From Octopus sinensis (lineage: Eukaryota), in NCBI RefSeq assembly GCF_006345805.1, contig NC_043001.1, positions 56,296,001-56,360,000 of the forward strand: a stretch of 64,000 nt of DNA, read 5' to 3'. Within the stretch, counting starts at the first letter, position 1. Each line of letters begins with the position of its first letter. A model generated the notes under the pieces. That model did no database searches. It was not told the origin of the DNA and saw only the letters and a program-made list of their open reading frames with translations. Below are positions 1-10,505 of the stretch, in pieces. A program made the translations under genes and the position numbers.

Positions 1-1059
1 CTTTATTTTGCGTAGGAGGACTGGCATTCTATCAGACAGTATGAACTCATGGTCACCAAATTTTATAACCATCGAGAAAATCTCTAGGTTAGTGATGGTG
101 ACGTTTCGTTCTTTTTGAGTAATGCAATTTAGATTTCTTTAATCATGCACTTTCACACGTCATCCAAACATTTTAGTTTTAGCTAAATCTTTATGTATAA
201 AGCTTTTCTAACATGATATTGTAGGAAGAACTATTTTTTTCAAAACTTCATTATCGTGTCATGTCTGATATTCGTATCATATTTTCGCTATCACAGCTCT
301 ACAAGGTCTCTCAAACTATTGTAAGTAACAAATATCCCTCAAATCATACAATATCATTTTTGTGTAATGAAAGACACAATGGCTTGTGCGATATATATGA
401 TTATATATATATATATATATATATATATGACCGCGTGTGTACCGTTGGCGATTTTTTTTCCTCCGTCTTCCCTTCTTTGGATCTTTCCTTCCTTCCTGAG
501 CGTCCAATAATACTATATTTGTTCCACGTCCTCGCGTTGTTGTGTTTTCATGTTTGGATTAACGTTATATATATATATATAATGTAACTTACTACTCCCA
601 ATGTCTTGACAATATTCATGATCATACGCAGCCATGAGCTGTCAACTCACTCTTGCCCTTTATTCCAATCAGACACAGTCCTCTGGTCTTAGATTTATTA
701 GTTGATAAAAAAACAAATAAATTAGAAATGAACCATAGTCCTTTACAAGCTATGACCCCAGTGGGTTTCATTCCTTTCTTGGAAGTGTAGTCTATTCTTA
801 GCTATAATAGCAACAACATGAATTTCTTCCATCTTGTTGTTCTGTTAAAGTATTTGAGAAAAATTATATTAATGTGTCCAACTGATTAAAAATTCTTTTT
901 ATTTATGAAGCTGATGATAGCCCTGCATTTAAATTGATGTAATGATTGCATTGTTCAATTAAATGGAGTCGCTTGAAACGGTCGTACTATATCACTACGA
1001 TCACCATACTTCGAGCTGACTAGGTGCTTCAACTTAAGTAATTAATTCAACTGAATCTC

Positions 1060-1108
<49 letters not shown>

Positions 1109-1129
1109 TATTCCCCGGGTTTGTATCCA

Positions 1130-1702
1130 CGGCTTTTATGCTCATCGTGACGTGCATCTACTTAAGTGGGTATCGGAAAGTTGTCTCGCCGGTAATTGCA
1201 CAACCTAAAATTTCAGATCCGATACGGCTTGCACAAAACCTGAAAGACCGTCTCACCCTATGGGCATGATACAGTGGCAAACCAGGGCAAGATATGCATT
1301 GTTAATATGTGTCGCGTGCGAGCGCTATGATTTCAAGCGCAAGCAAAAGATGCCGAAAATGTTCAATATGAGCTTACTTTTGAGGTCTTTCACGGGTGTT
1401 ATTGCTAACATGGAAACCAACACAATCTGTTGTAGTATCGGACTCTCTGCTACTACACCGGCTCCCTCACTAAGCTTACCTGGTGAAAAGGATTGCTGGA
1501 AACCCAGCAGGTCTGGAAACAAAAATCTGTCAAAAGGACGGAGGAACCTGGTGTAGGTTCAACGGCTATCTGACAACAGCACGGGACCTCAGAGATTTCG
1601 GATTGGTTTCCAGTATACTTGATGACCACTCGGAATGAGGCATTCGTTAGCCTTTGTTAAAGCATGTCTCCAGGAGGTCACTTTGATATAGAACCAGATA
1701 TG

Positions 1703-1705
<3 letters not shown>
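1130..1705 (+). mobile_element. Possible decayed RTE-like 3' end with (CTA)n tail
   Basis: GC-richer block ending DLRDFGL..DHSE(W)RHSL with a frameshift, similar to an RTE C-terminus, followed directly by (CTA)n. Weak. Confidence 0.3.
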
Positions 1706-1788
<83 letters not shown>

Positions 1789-2255
1789 ATGATTTTCGAA
1801 GCATGTCTTCACTGTTTCTCCAATTCCAGTTCTATTATTGAAACTACTGGTGTATTATTGTTCTTGTTGCTAGCCCCAGGTCTAGTAGATACATGATCAA
1901 AGTTGTTCTATTCATGGCCATCTCGCATTTTTTTCTTTTAAGTAGGGAGGGAGTTATCTCACTAAAATGTCTAGCGTGTATCCTTTATAAATATGTGCGT
2001 GGCCTGTGTATCACATTTTGAATCAAAGAATATATTTCTCAGGCAGACATGAGTATGACACACGTTTTCAATTTTTTTCAACCATCACAAAAATTTGAGA
2101 GTTATTAAAGCAACGTTTTATATTACTTGGAACGTATGAAACAAAGCCTTACAAAAAATCTTTAAACAACTGTGGATATTTAGTATAAACTTATGAAAAC
2201 GCTTAGGATAAGCTAAAAGCTAATCCCGATTGAGTGTAATTTGAGAGATGTTTAG

Positions 2256-2311
<56 letters not shown>

Positions 2312-2324
2312 AAGGTAAAGAGTA

Positions 2325-2520
2325 AAGACTTCTCTTCAGTCACGAATGACCATGGCATTGAACGTAGAAAGTTTCCCTGTGAGGCACAAGTCCGGGCAAG
2401 GTTGTTTGTGGAAAACCACCAGCCGTCCATACATACCAGTCACCTCTCTCCACGTCAATGATGTTGTCCAAGGGAAAGGCAAAGGCTGATACAGCTTGGC
2501 ACTATTGACGTTGCAACTTC
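2325..2520 (-). mobile_element. SINE family 3, 3' part
   Basis: gaggcacaagtccgggcaaggttg...ccaagggaaaggcaaaggctgatacagcttggcac matches 20300-20435. Confidence 0.75.
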
Positions 2521-2593
2521 AAGGAATCCCTGCATAAAAAAATTATTTACCATATCTACTTCTTTCATCGGAGTTCACGTGGTAAATATCACT

Positions 2594-2624
<31 letters not shown>

Positions 2625-2629
2625 TCTGG

Positions 2630-3180
2630 TGGGTGGTTGATGATGATGAAAATATTAAAGGCAATGATGATGAGACTGGTGGTGGTGGTGGTTGTGATGT
2701 CGATGAGGATGATAGTGATGGCCATGCTTGTAATAGTAGTAGTGGTACTGCTGGTAATGATGATGGTAATGATGATCATGATGAAGATGATGCTGATGAT
2801 GATGATAACGACAATGACGATGATGATGACAGCGCTGACGATAATGATGATGATGATGATGATAATGATGATAATATTGATGAAAATGACAATGATAATG
2901 ATGATGATGATGACAACGATGTTTTGCAGTTACTGCTGTTGTTGATGCTGAAAATGATGATGATGGTGGTGATGATGATGGTGGTGATGATGATGGTGTT
3001 ACTGGCAATGGTAGTGGTGAAGATGATGATAGTGATAAGGACAATGGCAGTAATGACAGAGCTTCTGTTAGCGTTGAAGATGAAGATAAAATACTGTAAT
3101 TGTTAAATGTGATTGTAGTTATGATGGTGCTGTTGCTGCTGCTGCTGATGATGATGATGACGATGATGATGAGAAGATGG
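2630..3180. repeat. Compound (TGA/GGT/TAA)n microsatellite
   Basis: Direct reading. Source of the poly-D/M/H ORFs. Confidence 0.9.
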
Positions 3181-3768
3181 CAAATAAATTACCAACAAAG
3201 AGTTACAAGTTCACGGCCCTTCTATAAAGAATGACCCATATCCCAGCAGTAAGGTCTGCTCTTTGTAGGGGGTTTCCTCCCTTGCTTCTAGTTTTTTTTT
3301 ACTATTAAACATCAAAAGAATTCATTTATTGATTTTTTTTGCTCTCTTCGTCCCACTCACCCCACTACATTCCACTGTACTCAAGTCTGTGAATGAAGAA
3401 TTCACAGATAATTATTTTATCACCAACCAACCGACCAACCACCACCACCACCAACACCACCACCACCACCACCATCACCACCACCACCACCACCACCACC
3501 ACCACCAACACCACCACCGCCACCGCCACATCAACCACCGCATTCACCATCACTAGGATAGCCACTGTAAACCATTACCATTACCATCGCCACAGACATA
3601 AACCTTCATTACCATCACCGAACTTACAATCCCCCCTACCCCCCCCATCAACATCTTGTCCAATCTGAGCTAGATCAACAGCAGAGAGTCATTTGTCAGA
3701 CCGCGCACGCAATTTGATGAAAAAGAAAGATAATTTCTTAACTTTTCGGAATAATAATAATGATGATG

Positions 3769-3807
<39 letters not shown>

Positions 3808-3919
3808 TAATAATAATAATAATAATGATAACAACAACAACAACAATAATAATTATCCATTGCTCACAAAAGCACAACATGCAATACAAAACTTCTTCCA
3901 GCGTATGTATGCGTGTGTG

Positions 3920-3924
<5 letters not shown>

Positions 3925-3959
<35 letters not shown>

Positions 3960-4274
3960 GTGTGTGCATATATATATATATTGTGTGTATATATATATAT
4001 ATATGTGTATGTGTGTATATATATATATATTGATAAAAATGGTAAGACGACAAAAGAAAGAAAAATGGTAAGACAACAAAAGTAAGAAAGAGACCTCGAT
4101 ATTATGTAAATAGAGGAATTTATCAGTGAATGTAATATGTGACAATTATTCGGTAGCTATGATAATTTCTCTTGCCGGATAACTGAAGAGATGGCGGCGT
4201 GGGTTTCCACCTCGATATCGGGAACTCGGAGTTTATCATGGCTACCGAATAATTGTCGCATATTACATTCCCAG

Positions 4275-4308
<34 letters not shown>

Positions 4309-4330
4309 TATATATAATATATATATATAT

Positions 4331-4380
<50 letters not shown>

Positions 4381-4446
4381 TATGTATATATATATAAGAG
4401 AGACTTAGTTATTTTAATATTTCTATTATATATATATATATATATG

Positions 4447-4501
<55 letters not shown>

Positions 4502-4550
4502 AGAGAGACTTAGTTATTTTAATATTTCTATTATATATATATATATTATG

Positions 4551-4648
<98 letters not shown>

Positions 4649-4678
4649 ATAGAAATATTAAAATAACTAAGTCTCTCT

Positions 4679-4722
<44 letters not shown>

Positions 4723-4773
4723 ATAATATATATATATATATATAATAGAAATATAAAATAACTAAGTCTCTCT

Positions 4774-4870
<97 letters not shown>

Positions 4871-5200
4871 GGGAATGTAATATGCGACAATTATCGGTAG
4901 CCATGATAAAACTCCGAGTTCCCGATATCGAGGTGGAAACCCACGCGCCATCTCTTCAGTTATCCTGGCAAGAGAAATTATCATAGCTACCGAATAATTG
5001 TCACATATTACATTCACTGATAAATTCCTCTATTTACATAATATCGAGGTCTCTTTCTTACTTTTGTTGTCTTACCATTTTTCTTTCTTTTGTCGTCTTA
5101 CCATTTTTATCAATATATATATATATACACACATACACATATATATATATATATACACACAATATATATATATATGCACACACACAATATATATATATAT
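3925..5200. repeat. Large near-perfect palindrome centred on (TA)n at ~4570-4590
   Basis: The same peptide (MSHITFTDKF...) appears on minus 3864-4145 and plus 4998-5363. 4031-4274 is the reverse complement of 4869-5112. A 33-bp unit occurs forward at 4396 and 4501, and reversed at 4647 and 4743. Confidence 0.92.
4128..4270. repeat. 143-bp hairpin/MITE-like unit with 38-bp inverted arms (mirror copy at ~4873-5015)
   Basis: gaatgtaatatgtgacaattattcggtagctatgataa (4128-4165) versus ttatcatggctaccgaataattgtcgcatattacattc (4233-4270): 2 mismatches. Confidence 0.8.
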
Positions 5201-5257
5201 ATATGTATATATATATGTATATATATATATATTATATATATATATAATATATATATA

Positions 5258-5335
<78 letters not shown>

Positions 5336-6639
5336 TATAGATATATATATATATTTGATTTGATTTTGATTTTTCCAGTTTCAGCTAATGAGCTGTGGCC
5401 ATGCTGGGGCACCGCCATTTATATACATATATATATATATATTGTTATATTTCGGAATGGTCATTTTGCCAGTTTAGCCAATATATATATATACATACAT
5501 ACATATATATGCATACATATATATATATATATATTATTTTATTTATTTATTTATTTACATATATATATGCATACATATATGTGTGTGTGTATATATATAT
5601 GTATGTATCTATGTATCTATATATATGTGTACACACACACACACACACATATATGAAATGATAATATAACACGAGGACTGAGGGTAACAGGCTTGATCTA
5701 CTGTTAAAACCCGATGTCCTCTATCCTTGTGTTATATTATTTTTATGTTAATGTTAAGTGAAGAGGGGTTCCAAATGTGCATCCCACTTTGGAATATAAC
5801 CTACTGTTAGATAACGGGTGGTAGTCAGACAATGACATACAAGCTCTTAAATGCACGTTACGAGGTTTTTCCCCCGAATTCCTCCATATACCAATGATTA
5901 CATTACTCTACGACTGTGATCACTTTATAGTCCGATTAATCTCTGAAAACTCCATATACTTTACGGTGTAATCCTTAAATTCTCCACACTCTATACTAAA
6001 TAGCCAGAGTAGACAGGATAACAAGGGAAATAATAAATGCATTTAGAGTGCACAACCCAAATTTTCTTATAGACATATTATTTGTATCACAAATGCAAGA
6101 AGTTAGGGGTCTTATGCACCTAGAAAACTACTGTGAAATATGAACTGCATGACTAAGGAAAATTTATACAAAAATCAATGAAATATGAAAAAAAAGCTTA
6201 TATTTTATCTTCAATATTTTATCTTATATTTTATCTTCAATCTGCCTAAGAATACCAGATAGGCCACCCATAATTGGATACAACTCACCCAACAAGAACT
6301 CACTACTTGAACAAAACTGGATACAACTCACCCAACAAGAACTCACTACTTGAACAAAACTTGACTTAAACAAAACTTGACTTAAACAGGATTCGAATAA
6401 TCCTATCAGGTGGCCCTATTAAGTTAGACATGGCCTGGACCAATCTTTGGTCGAAACATATCTAAGTTTATCAATGAAACTAATATACATACGAAACAGA
6501 GACTGCAACGACAGACAGTTATGAATAAAATTGAGAACGAGTAACAGAAATAGTAAAAGAGCTAAAATCTGAACTATAGTTGAGACCACAAAATGCTATA
6601 ATAAAATGAAGGTAAGAAAAGTCACAACATCGCCAGTAT

Positions 6640-7390
6640 TGGGAAAACTGAACGTTATGGAAGTAGGAACAAAAAGCAAACAAAAAACTGATTGAGAAGC
6701 ACAGGGCTCAAGATAGAGACAGAAGGTTTGTTTCCCCACCTAAGAATCACAAAACATCTATAATGAAGCAGAATTCAGAAATAGCAGTATATGTGGAAAT
6801 GGGGAGAAGAAATAAAATCAACTAGATTATTTCTGGCTGCCTAGTCTCAATCAAGAAAGAATTCCCCTACAGATATTACAGTGTTGTGGCTGATATACAC
6901 AGCAGGTTATGTCAGCACGATAAAATACCAAGAGACGTAAACTAAAAAATTCTTCGAGAATAGCACACCCCTCATACTCTAGGATATGCCTATATATACA
7001 TACATGTAGATTAATGATAACCGACCAGATATTGTTCTTACGGACCAAAAAAGAGAAATGCCTCCTTATCGACATATCAGTCTCGACCCATGATAATGTA
7101 TCTCTGAAAGAGATGGACAAATAATCTAAATATATAGATCTGGAAACAGAGATTACCAAAATGTGAGGGTTTGTAGAGAGAATCAGTCCCTATAATACTA
7201 GAGGCTTTAGGAATGATGAAAAACATGCAGATTAATACATAACCCAAGCTCAAGGACTTATAAATATGCCGTACAGTAACAATAACAAAACTAATGTAAA
7301 ATTGAGACATACACCAAGACACAAATAAACAAGGCACTCAGAGCAGGGTTTGTAATGTGGAAGCACGCCATAAAGATATTGCAAATGTAT
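6640..7390 (+). mobile_element. Decayed 3' fragment of an R4/Dong-like RLE retrotransposon (copy A)
   Basis: Frameshifted remnants GLKIETEG, ICGNG (CCHC knuckle region), NRPDIVL..KKEKCLLIDISV..HDNVSLKEMDK, VPIILEALG. The 3' UTR runs into a (TGA)n/(TAA)n tract at 7390. Confidence 0.75.
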
Positions 7391-7391
7391 A

Positions 7392-7450
<59 letters not shown>

Positions 7451-7507
7451 AATGATAATGATGATAATAATAATAATAATAGTAATAATAATAATAATAA
7501 TAATAAT

Positions 7508-7547
<40 letters not shown>

Positions 7548-7553
7548 TTGATC

Positions 7554-7597
<44 letters not shown>

Positions 7598-7611
7598 AAT
7601 AATAATAATAA
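7390..7611. repeat. Compound (TGA)n/(TAA)n microsatellite
   Basis: Direct reading. Confidence 0.95.
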
Positions 7612-8078
7612 ATGCCCAGATGCAGTACCAGGCAGTGGCTCTCATGTCTTCTGATCTTAACTGATTGGGAGTGTCATCATGTACATTGTTTTGTCTTGGT
7701 ATAAAAGATGGGCTACAGCAACTATTCTGCTCAATACTACAGATTTGCTTGTCAGTTGCTTGACCGTAACCAGTTGAGTATTCCCCTTGGTGGCTGATGA
7801 TATGTGGCTGATGATATGATGATATGTGCATCTCTGATGACGAGCAGAAGTAGTGGGGAACATCATAGCCATGTGTTGAGAGGAATTCTTTGGGGTTTGG
7901 ATGATTCACCCTTGGAAACATGGGTGTTTCGTTCATCATCCTTAAACAAACCTTATTCAGTGACCTTTTAAGCGGGATGGGTTTCTCGACCAGAAGAAAA
8001 TTGTAACTGAGCCGCACCAGCAAGGTCATGCGCTGATTATCTTGATATGAGATCACCATTTCGCGCACATATGGTTGT

Positions 8079-9999
8079 CATCATCATCATTGTTCGACCG
8101 TGGTCGAGACAATGGAATTTACCATGCTACGCCAGACTTCACGGTCTATCATGGCATTACAGAGGTCCTGTTGCTGGATGCCTGTATCCCTGGAGATTAC
8201 ATCAGGGTAGGAGAGTGTGCGCCCTCTGGTATTGCGAGTAGATGGCTTCCAGAGGAGAAGAGTAGAAATGACCTCTTTTTCAGCTCTACAACAATGTCCA
8301 GCAAACTGGACTCGCTTACCTTTCACAAGAGATGACACAGGTGGTAGTTTCCCATATATTTGCATTTTGGTTGGATGGCGCTTCCACGAGAGATTTTGAG
8401 CTCTCATAAGGAGGCGAGTGTAGGTTCCATCCAACCGCCTCTCAAGCTTCTTTGATAACGTCCAGGTTTCTGAGTCATATAGTAGAATTGGTTCGACTGT
8501 GGCTTTGAAGATTTCAAGTTTGAAGTCTCTACTTAGATTTGATGACCAGATCTTATGCATGTCATTACAGGCTGACCAGGCCATACCCTTTCTAGTTAGA
8601 AAGTCTTTTCCAGATGATGATATGTATGACCCAAGATATTTGTAATCAAAAACCATATTTAAGGGCGCATTGTTGAGAGTATGGATGATGCAATCACTGT
8701 TGGACAGGCACTCGTTTATGTATTCAGTCTTGGTCTCATTGAGGTAAAGACCTACACAATTTGAGGCTTGTTCAAGAGATTGTAAAAGAGACTGGGCATT
8801 GGAGAAAGAATCACTGATAAGAGCGATGTCGTCAGCAAAGTGAGTGTCTGTCAAGTACTCAGCTGGGTGTCTGGAACTTCTTGGTTTTATTTCAAAGCCC
8901 TTGCCAGAGATGGTATCAACTGACATACGTAGCACATAATCAACAATAATGATGAAAAGAAATGGGGCGAGTGTGTCTCCCTGCAGTATTCCGGCTTTGA
9001 TTGAGAAAGATGATGTTTCTCCGTCAGGGGTTAAGATGGTTGAAGACGTATCTGTGTAGAGGACCTTGATGGCAGAAATGATTTTGTCTGGTATCCCATA
9101 GAGCTTAAGGATTTCAAACATCTTGTATCTATCTACAGAATCGAACGCTTTAGAAAAGTCTACAAATACCATTGCAATATCGCGATTAAATGCTTTTGAT
9201 TCTTCAATAAGTCTGCGTAGGCATAGTATCTGGCTCAGCGTTGAGCGCCCATGTCTGAATCCATTTTGGTTCTTTCGGAGCGAAGGTTCAACAAAAAGGA
9301 CAAGACGATTTAGGATCAGTTTGTTGTACAGTTTTGCAGCAATTGACATTAGAGATATACCCCTGTAGTTGGTGACGAGGGATAAATCGCCTTTTTTTGG
9401 TATTGGGATGATTTGAGATTGATGCCAAATCTTTGGAGCGACAAAGGTGGAAAGTGTGTGGTTGCAGAAGTTGAGCAAAAGTGTGTGAAATCTATCATCC
9501 TTCCAAATTATAGCTGGGATGTTGTCGGGACCAAATGCTTTCGAGGCTTTTAGTTGCTTGGTGGCTGCTGTTAGTTCAAGTATGGTAAAAGGGGAGGTGT
9601 TGATGTCCAACGTGTTTGATATAGGCACACTTGGAAGAGTGGGGTTATCAGGGATTTTGGCATTCTTCCCAAGGAGATTTTTTAAATGGGTTGACCAATT
9701 TTCTAAACGCTTCTTAGCTGACCCCCCTTTAATTCTAATTGATGACCCAGAATTTTTGCCTGATAGGTTTTTGATGGATTTCCAGGCGAGATGGTGTTTT
9801 TTACTAATGTGCTCTTTGGATAGTTTACTAATTTTGTCATTGATAAAGTCGACCTCGGCGTTCAAGTAAGCCTCATCAAGATTCTTCTTGGCAGCTATGA
9901 GTTGGATCTTCAGTGACTGGGATGGAGAACGGTGGTAAGCTAGTGATATAGACTTTAGATGGTTTCTGGCTTCGATGACATTTGGGGAATTAGAAGGGA
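8079..9999 (-). mobile_element. 5'-truncated RTE-like LINE insertion with 10-bp TSD
   Basis: ATATGGTTGT occurs at 8069-8078 and 10000-10009. The 3' end on the minus strand reads GAA CAA TGA TGA TGA TG. The flanks rejoin into one continuous repeat. Confidence 0.9.
8087..9997 (-). CDS. Reverse transcriptase ORF (5'-truncated ORF2) of an RTE-like non-LTR retrotransposon
   Basis: The track ORF is 592 aa (8087-9865). It stays open upstream to the insertion junction at ~9997, giving ~636 aa. LINE RT motifs: PKKGDLS..NYRGISL, QNGFR.GRST, FVDFSKAFDSV, GILQGDTLAPFLF, HFADDIAL (catalytic F/YADD), YKYLGS, C-terminal DREVWR. No APE endonuclease is present. Confidence 0.93.
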   Translation of the reverse strand, partial: PSNSPNVIEARNHLKSISLAYHRSPSQSLKIQLIAAKKNLDEAYLNAEVDFINDKISKLSKEHISKKHHLAWKSIKNLSGKNSGSSIRIKGGSAKKRLENWSTHLKNLLGKNAKIPDNPTLPSVPISNTLDINTSPFTILELTAATKQLKASKAFGPDNIPAIIWKDDRFHTLLLNFCNHTLSTFVAPKIWHQSQIIPIPKKGDLSLVTNYRGISLMSIAAKLYNKLILNRLVLFVEPSLRKNQNGFRHGRSTLSQILCLRRLIEESKAFNRDIAMVFVDFSKAFDSVDRYKMFEILKLYGIPDKIISAIKVLYTDTSSTILTPDGETSSFSIKAGILQGDTLAPFLFIIIVDYVLRMSVDTISGKGFEIKPRSSRHPAEYLTDTHFADDIALISDSFSNAQSLLQSLEQASNCVGLYLNETKTEYINECLSNSDCIIHTLNNAPLNMVFDYKYLGSYISSSGKDFLTRKGMAWSACNDMHKIWSSNLSRDFKLEIFKATVEPILLYDSETWTLSKKLERRLDGTYTRLLMRAQNLSWKRHPTKMQIYGKLPPVSSLVKGKRVQFAGHCCRAEKEVISTLLLWKPSTRNTRGRTLSYPDVISRDTGIQQQDLCNAMIDREVWRSMVNSIVSTTVEQ

Positions 10000-10233
10000 A
10001 TATGGTTGTGATGCATGTGCCTGGTGTACCCTTATCAGACGAGTAGTCATGATGGTTATACTGGGCTTCGTATATTTGACCTCAGTGTCACATTGATGGC
10101 ATGCACTGCTCTCTAACTCAATAATAATAATAACAATAATAATAATAATAATAATAATGATAATAATAATAATAATAAATGATGAATGATAAAAATGATG
10201 AATGATGATAATAATAATGATGATGATGATGAT

Positions 10234-10440
10234 GGTTTCAAATTTTGCCACAAGAGCAGCAATTATGGGGGAGAGGATGAGCCGATTATATCGACCCCTT
10301 AGTTGGTACTTATTTTATTGACTCCGAAAGGATGAAATGCAAAGTCGGCCTAGGGGGATTTGAAATCAGAAGGTGAAGTCGGACGAAATGCCGCTAAGCA
10401 TTTTGTACGGCGTGCGAACGAATCCGACAGCTCGCCGCCT
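10234..10440 (-). mobile_element. tRNA-derived SINE, family 1
   Basis: Minus strand begins aggcggcgagctgtcggattcgtt. Body matches ...gacctcggcggaatttgaactcagaacg... shared by about 11 copies in the window. Confidence 0.85.
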
Positions 10441-10455
10441 TCCTAATAATAATAA

Positions 10456-10505
<50 letters not shown>

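Larger units (their letters stand above)
7612..10110. mobile_element. ~570-bp non-coding interspersed repeat split by the LINE (7612-8078 plus 10010-10110)
   Basis: Removing the LINE and one TSD copy joins ...cgcgcacATATGGTTGTgatgcatgtgcctggtgtaccc.... Both outer ends abut (TAA)n tracts. I recall this as an abundant Octopus repeat (not verified). Confidence 0.7.

Noticed and set aside
2579-3106. 175-aa Asp-rich ORF and other homopolymeric ORFs (poly-H, poly-S, poly-L, IY, YLSI, HT/CV repeats) across the window
   Set aside because: These are translations of stop-free microsatellite frames, with no domain content.
6275-6360. Short direct repeats as a CRISPR-like array
   Set aside because: The units are contiguous with no unique spacers, there are no cas genes, and the context is eukaryotic.
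7830-7860. CTGATGA...GAAG hammerhead-like string in the 570-bp repeat
   Set aside because: No GAAA box or supporting stems. Neighbouring ctgatga strings come from a local duplication.
7250-8068. 272-aa minus-strand ORF
   Set aside because: It is read-through of a non-coding repeat into a poly-Ile microsatellite frame.
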